Shown piece by piece: positions 60,461 through 64,000 of a stretch of 64,000 nucleotides of DNA. The position numbers were made by a program, and so were the translations under genes. The DNA comes from Octopus bimaculoides. Taxonomy: Eukaryota. The notes under the pieces were generated by a model. It had not been told where the DNA came from. It saw nothing but the letters and a program-made list of their open reading frames with translations, and did not search any database. The DNA lies in NCBI RefSeq assembly GCF_001194135.2, contig NC_068989.1, forward strand, positions 1,039,846 to 1,103,845, in the 5' to 3' direction. Numbering within the stretch: position 1 is the first letter of the stretch; each line of letters begins with the position of its first letter.

Positions 60461-63400
60461 CCATCACCATCATCACCATCATCATCACCATCACCATCAT
60501 CATCATCACCATCNNNNNNNNNNNNNNNNNNNNNNNNNNNNNNNNNNNNNNNNNNNNNNNNNNNNNNNNNNNNNNNNNNNNNNNNNNNNNNNNNNNNNNN
60601 NNNNNNNNNNNNNNNNNNNNNNNNNNNNNNNNNNNNNNNNNNNNNNNNNNNNNNNNNNNNNNNNNNNNNNNNNNNNNNNNNNNNNNNNNNNNNNNNNNNN
60701 NNNNNNNNNNNNNNNNNNNNNNNNNNNNNNNNNNNNNNNNNNNNNNNNNNNNNNNNNNNNNNNNNNNNNNNNNNNNNNNNNNNNNNNNNNNNNNNNNNNN
60801 NNNNNNNNNNNNNNNNNNNNNNNNNNNNNNNNNNNNNNNNNNNNNNNNNNNNNNNNNNNNNNNNNNNNCATCATCACCATCATCACCATCATCACCATCA
60901 TCACCATCATCACCATCATCACCATCATCACCATCATCATCATCAGCAGCAGCATTAGTTTTCCATTCTGGCTTGAATTGGACGGCTTGACCGGAGCTGG
61001 CAAGACCAGTAGCTGCACCTGACTCCAATTCTCTGTTTTGGCATTGTTTCTACAGCTGAATGCCTGTCCTAACACCAACCATTTTACAGAATGTACTGGG
61101 TGCTTTTTACATGGCACCAATGCTTTTTCTAGATTCCTTTGGAGGAATTCCATTTCAGTTGCTTGTATTCATGGTTCTTTTTTGGTCATTAACCAAATTT
61201 CATGACCACAGTTGAGGCACCAAAACTGAATTAACCTCTAATTCTTTATAATTAATGTGAGCTATATTATTACTAACTTTTTAAAAATGTTGATAAAATA
61301 TAATTTTTTATCATATGATATGAAAATATCAGGATTTGTTAGAAAGCTACAATATTTCTTTGTAGAGTATTGGAAATAATATTTACAACAATAAAAATCT
61401 ACAATACATTAAGTAAAATGTACAAACCGATGCACAGAAACATTGTTCTAAAAATTTCATTCTGTTTAATGTGATTACATTTTAAATGTGATGATGTTAG
61501 CTTTAATCTTGAAATATTTGACAAAGGAAAAGAATAGAAATAAAGGAAAAGAATAGAAATGTTCTTTAAATGTCTTTAATGGAAGAGAAACAAACATTAA
61601 ACTGCTGACAGCGATGGTTGTGATAATTTTTCTTCCAGGAATATCGCTGCAAAAAACAAGTCAAAGATGGTGACTATGAAAATTGGTTCCCCACTGACTG
61701 TCTCCAGACAAATGCAGCTCACAGGATTCAAGAGATACTCATTTCTGATTCCCCAAATCCAGAGAAAGATCACAGTCCTTCTATGTCTTTTGTTGGTAAG
61801 TGAAATAATCCAAGTAATCTAATTTATACTGTAATCTTTTAATCAAAGCATAACAACGTGGGCAGAGGCTGATATCTTAACATTTCTGATGGTCTTAAGT
61901 ATAAAAAGAAAGTATTAAAGATTTATATAGAACTACATTCAGAGTATGTCTATAAGCCATTGCGTTTAGACCTGGTTTCTATCCTCAAACTGTTCCGTTT
62001 TGTAGATGCGATTTTTTTTTTATAAAGAACTCCAAAATTAGAAAAATAAAAAATCTTCAACAATTTTGGTCCCATGAGTATCGGATAATGGATTTTCAAC
62101 TGTGTAAAGAAACTGATTGTGGTGGTCGTAGTTTTGACAGTGATTGTGGTGAAAGCAGAGTCAAATGTTGATGATGACGATGGTCGAGATAAGTATGGGA
62201 GGAGGTTATGTTTTTGCCAGCGTTGGTTTGGGAAATTGGGTGATTTTCAGCATGGGTGGACATGGGTGGAAATGAGCTGCTTGGCAGAGGTTTGCGCTCT
62301 CTGAGTGCTTTTCTAGTTTCACGTTATTTTCAAAGCTTATAGACTGGTTTTCTTTATTTTATGATTTAATAAACATTTATTTCACTTGTATCGACACTTG
62401 TGTAATATTCAATTTTATCTCTCACTCCACTTCCTTTATCTATAGCAAATATATTTTCTAAAGACTTTGGTGCTGCCTCAAAATTATTCACTACCACGAA
62501 TCCTAACTGTTCAAATTCCTCTAATAATCTGGAGGATGAAGCCAGTGGCCAGATGCACGTTAATTGTGATTCTAAGGATGAAGTCGAGGAGAAAGATGAC
62601 AACTGTCGACGAGTGATTGTGAAAGAAAGTCTGATCTCGTTACTGATGAAACTGCATTGTAAGTTGTCTGCCAAGAAACAACCTTCTTACATGCCCACCT
62701 CAATGAGGAAGTGTTCAGAACGGCCATCAGCGGAACCAAGTAATCCTTCGGTCAACTGCGGTGATGGTCCTTACTATATTGGTCTCTTGTTGGACAGACT
62801 TGCATCACAGGACTATTCCTGTTTACAAGAAACAGAAAGAATTTACCATGAAACAAAACCTAAAGTGAGGGAGAAACAACAGCCTCAAGAAAGGGGCACA
62901 GCAACATCAGAAGATCTGGAAAAAGAGGAAAGGTAAGTCGTCTGGGTTCCGCACTCCAGTATTTTTACTGGACAGAAAATGGGTGCTAAAGATTTTCATT
63001 TAATTTAATTTCTTAACAACAACATCAACATGACATTCATAATGTGTTCTTTTTCTTTCACCTGCCTCATTAACACCTGACTTTCATTGTTTTTACCATT
63101 TTCTTTATTGGTTTTTCTCTCTCAAACATGTTCACAAATATTAGTTCTTTAGTCTGAGACATTACTTTTGATTTTCTTTTCCACGAGCAAGATTTATTCC
63201 CATTTGCACATTTATTCATCTTCCTAAAACTAAATCCATACATTTTCTCTTCGTGCTAAGAATTTTTAAACGTCTTTTCTTGAATTTTCCTAGTTCTATA
63301 AATTCTTCAGTTTGACCTGTTCCACAACCTTTTCTTATTTAGCACTTCTACACAATTCCTTTCAGACTATGTTATTTTCCTTGCTATCTTATTCATTGCA

Positions 63401-63891
63401 ATTAGTTAATGCCAACACCTCTGTCTCTCTCTTTCTCACTGTCTGAAAGGTGCTTCTTTCATCTCTTATTTCCATATTCAGATTCCTCTAAAAACAGATT
63501 TAAGTATTAATTTTTAACTTTCTGGAATAAACTTCTTGAAAGTTCCTTCATGTTAATTCCCTTTACCTTGTCGAACTCTGTTATTCCATAAATATGTTAT
63601 CTAGCTCTGGTTATGCCTAAATACAGTTGTCTTCTAACAGGGTTCCTCACTAACATACCACCAGACATGGCCTGCAATTTCATGACAAATAGTAAGGAAT
63701 CGACTAATTAGAGGCAAATGCATGTTTTAGTAATTTTTAATTCTGCATTCCTAATTAAATTGCATATGTACAGTGTATTCGTTTTGTTTCTTTTATCAGA
63801 AGGAAGAAGGCACGGGAACGGCGGCAGAAATTAATGGCAGAGTTTGCTTCCAAACAGAAAGCTTTCATGGAACAAGCAATGGACATGGATG
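39870..63891 (+). CDS. UBR3: E3 ubiquitin-protein ligase UBR3 (N-recognin family, UBR-box); first 22 coding exons, about 1117 aa, gene continues past the window
   Basis: Exons 39870-40086, 42835-43048 (UBR-box: [55 protein letters not shown]), 44526-44662, 45888-46034, 47298-47387, 47741-47874, 48960-49188 ([13 protein letters not shown]), 50091-50270 ([10 protein letters not shown]), 50854-50987 ([18 protein letters not shown]), 52264-52362, 53974-54129 (FHLPLHRY), 54326-54454 ([21 protein letters not shown]), 55415-55467, 56177-56316, 57127-57275 ([13 protein letters not shown]), 57812-57881, 58213-58309, 59693-59840, 60131-60223, 61639-61795, 62446-62932, 63800-63891 ([20 protein letters not shown]). 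Every junction is GT..AG and phases chain without a break. Confidence 0.96.
41854..42022. mobile_element. hAT-family MITE with 8-bp target-site duplication
   Basis: Imperfect TIRs CAGTGGTACCCAGCCT ... AGGGTTGGGAACTACTG flanked by identical GACTAGAT at 41846-41853 and 42023-42030. Confidence 0.85.
42170..42423. mobile_element. Second hAT-like MITE, degenerate left end
   Basis: Right end GGTTGAGAACCATTG is a Charlie/Ac-type TIR; internal GGGTCC/GGGGCCC subterminal motifs; left TIR decayed. Confidence 0.5.
42435..42750 (-). mobile_element. Mariner transposase 3' fossil
   Basis: [64 protein letters not shown] is the C-terminus of mariner-family transposases (SDYHLF..MK..L.G..F...W..C....GDY.EK). 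Confidence 0.85.
43385..43600 (+). mobile_element. Octopus tRNA-derived SINE, family C
   Basis: GGCGGTGAGCTGGCAGACACGTTAGGACACCGGGCGAAATGC...GTTCTGAGTTCAAATTCC...GGCCTTGTGCCTAGAGTAGAAA. Further copies (approximate): 868-1035-, 6975-7158-, 14845-14972-, 19968-20190-, 21950-22045+, 26690-26885-. Confidence 0.85.
44720..45530 (-). mobile_element. Non-LTR retrotransposon RT fossil in UBR3 intron 3
   Basis: [23 protein letters not shown]...[13 protein letters not shown], then later LLPAWENSW..; the GxxQGCxxSP motif is typical of LINE RT. Confidence 0.65.
50503..50655 (-). mobile_element. SINE family A copy (UBR3 intron 8)
   Basis: (CAT)n TTAACATCTGCTCTCCATGCTGGCATGGGTTAGG...CAGCTGGATGCC..CTAATGCCAACCACTC. 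Confidence 0.75.
51313..51358 (-). ncRNA. Degenerate hammerhead motif (left arm)
   Basis: Minus strand GACAC ATGATGA A GGCTG GAGGGTATAT CAGCT GAAAT GTT GTGTT. Same motif as the right arm with C3>A and two C>T changes. Confidence 0.6.
51558..51603 (+). ncRNA. Type I minimal hammerhead ribozyme motif (right arm), probably weakened
   Basis: GACAC (stem I) CTGATGA A GGCTG-GAGGGTATAT-CAGCC (stem II) GAAAC ATT GTGTT (stem I). The core is intact. The inferred ancestral GAAAC-GTT has a G>A change at the cleavage triplet, consistent with CpG decay. Confidence 0.75.
53600..53765 (+). mobile_element. SINE family A copy (UBR3 intron 10)
   Basis: AAAAAGCACCCAGCACACTCTGTGAAGTGATTGGTGTTAGGAAGGGCGTCCAGCTGTAGAAACC...CCAGCATGGAAAATGGATGTTAA. 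Confidence 0.75.
54858..55080 (+). mobile_element. SINE family A copy (UBR3 intron 12)
   Basis: GTTGGTGTTAGGAAGGGCATCCAGCC...CCAACCCATGCCAGCATGGAAAATAGACATTAAA(TGA)n. Confidence 0.75.
56470..56730 (+). mobile_element. Older tRNA-derived SINE with CORE/V-like central segment
   Basis: GAAGGCGCATGGCTCAGTGG...GTTGTGTCCTTGAGCAAGACACTTTATTTCACGTTGCTCCAGTTCACTCAGC. Related decayed minus-strand sequence at ~49340-49580. Confidence 0.6.
56815..57010 (+). mobile_element. SINE family A copy (UBR3 intron 14)
   Basis: AAAGCACCCAGTACACTCTGTAAAGTGGCTGGTGTTAGGAAGGGCG...CCAACCCATGCCAGCATGGAAAACGGATGTTAAATGAT. Confidence 0.75.
57405..57630. mobile_element. MITE-like element with AACCCTT...AAGGGTTAA ends
   Basis: Right end AATGCTAAAGGGTTAA; left end AACCCTTCGTTCAGA is a decayed inverted copy. 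Confidence 0.4.
58533..58700 (-). mobile_element. SINE family A copy (UBR3 intron 17)
   Basis: TTAACATCCGTTTTCCATGCTGGCATGGTTGGATGG...GAATGCCCTCCTAACGCCAGCC. Confidence 0.7.
60307..60947 (+). repeat. Compound (CATCGT)n/(CACCAT)n/(CAT)n tract spanning an N gap
   Basis: Direct reading; N gap 60514-60868. Confidence 0.95.
60940..61120 (-). mobile_element. SINE family A copy (UBR3 intron 19), abutting a long compound trinucleotide tract
   Basis: TTTTCCATTCTGGC...TTGGACGGCTTGACCGG...CTACAGCTGAATGCCTGTCCTAACACCAACC. Confidence 0.7.
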
Positions 63892-64000
63892 GTAAATAAG
63901 AACTCTTTTCTTCATCCTTCTCATTCTTTATTTTGTCTCTTGTGCTTTCAGATCTCTATTTAGTTTCAATATCTTGAACTGGATTTGTTATGTGGACACT

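Noticed and set aside
2092-60990. Long ORFs in the track made of X runs (e.g. 3471-4346, 13316-14188, 25642-26451, 60174-61022)
   Set aside because: They stay open only because N gaps contain no stop codons; flanks are (TA)n, (CA)n or (CAT)n.

Overview
Eukaryotic, AT-rich, microsatellite- and SINE-dense scaffold with nine N gaps. The SINE families and repeat content indicate a coleoid cephalopod, most likely Octopus (inference). By hand-splicing exons with GT..AG boundaries and checking reading phase I recover: (1) a probable last coding exon of an upstream + strand gene, ending in a polybasic CaaX tail (1186-1255); (2) a 4-exon minus-strand secreted protein with signal peptide, PAN/Apple, truncated EGF and fibrinogen C-terminal domains (11381-13246); (3) BBS5 on the minus strand (20722-33772), with one exon probably hidden in an N gap and an RFX X-box just upstream of the ATG; (4) the first 22 coding exons of UBR3 on the plus strand (39870 to past 63891), divergent from BBS5. 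The remainder is tRNA-derived SINEs, Penelope-like, RTE-type LINE, mariner and hAT fossils. The most unusual signal is a set of hammerhead-ribozyme motifs. One sits in a fold-back element where a tRNA-like Pol III head is flanked by two inverted ~145-bp hammerhead-bearing arms (51265-51673). Another, with an intact catalytic core, lies in sense orientation in the probable first intron of the fibrinogen-domain gene (13933-13977). Most ORFs in the supplied track are artefacts of N gaps or microsatellites. No computation or database search was run; homology calls come from recognised motifs.
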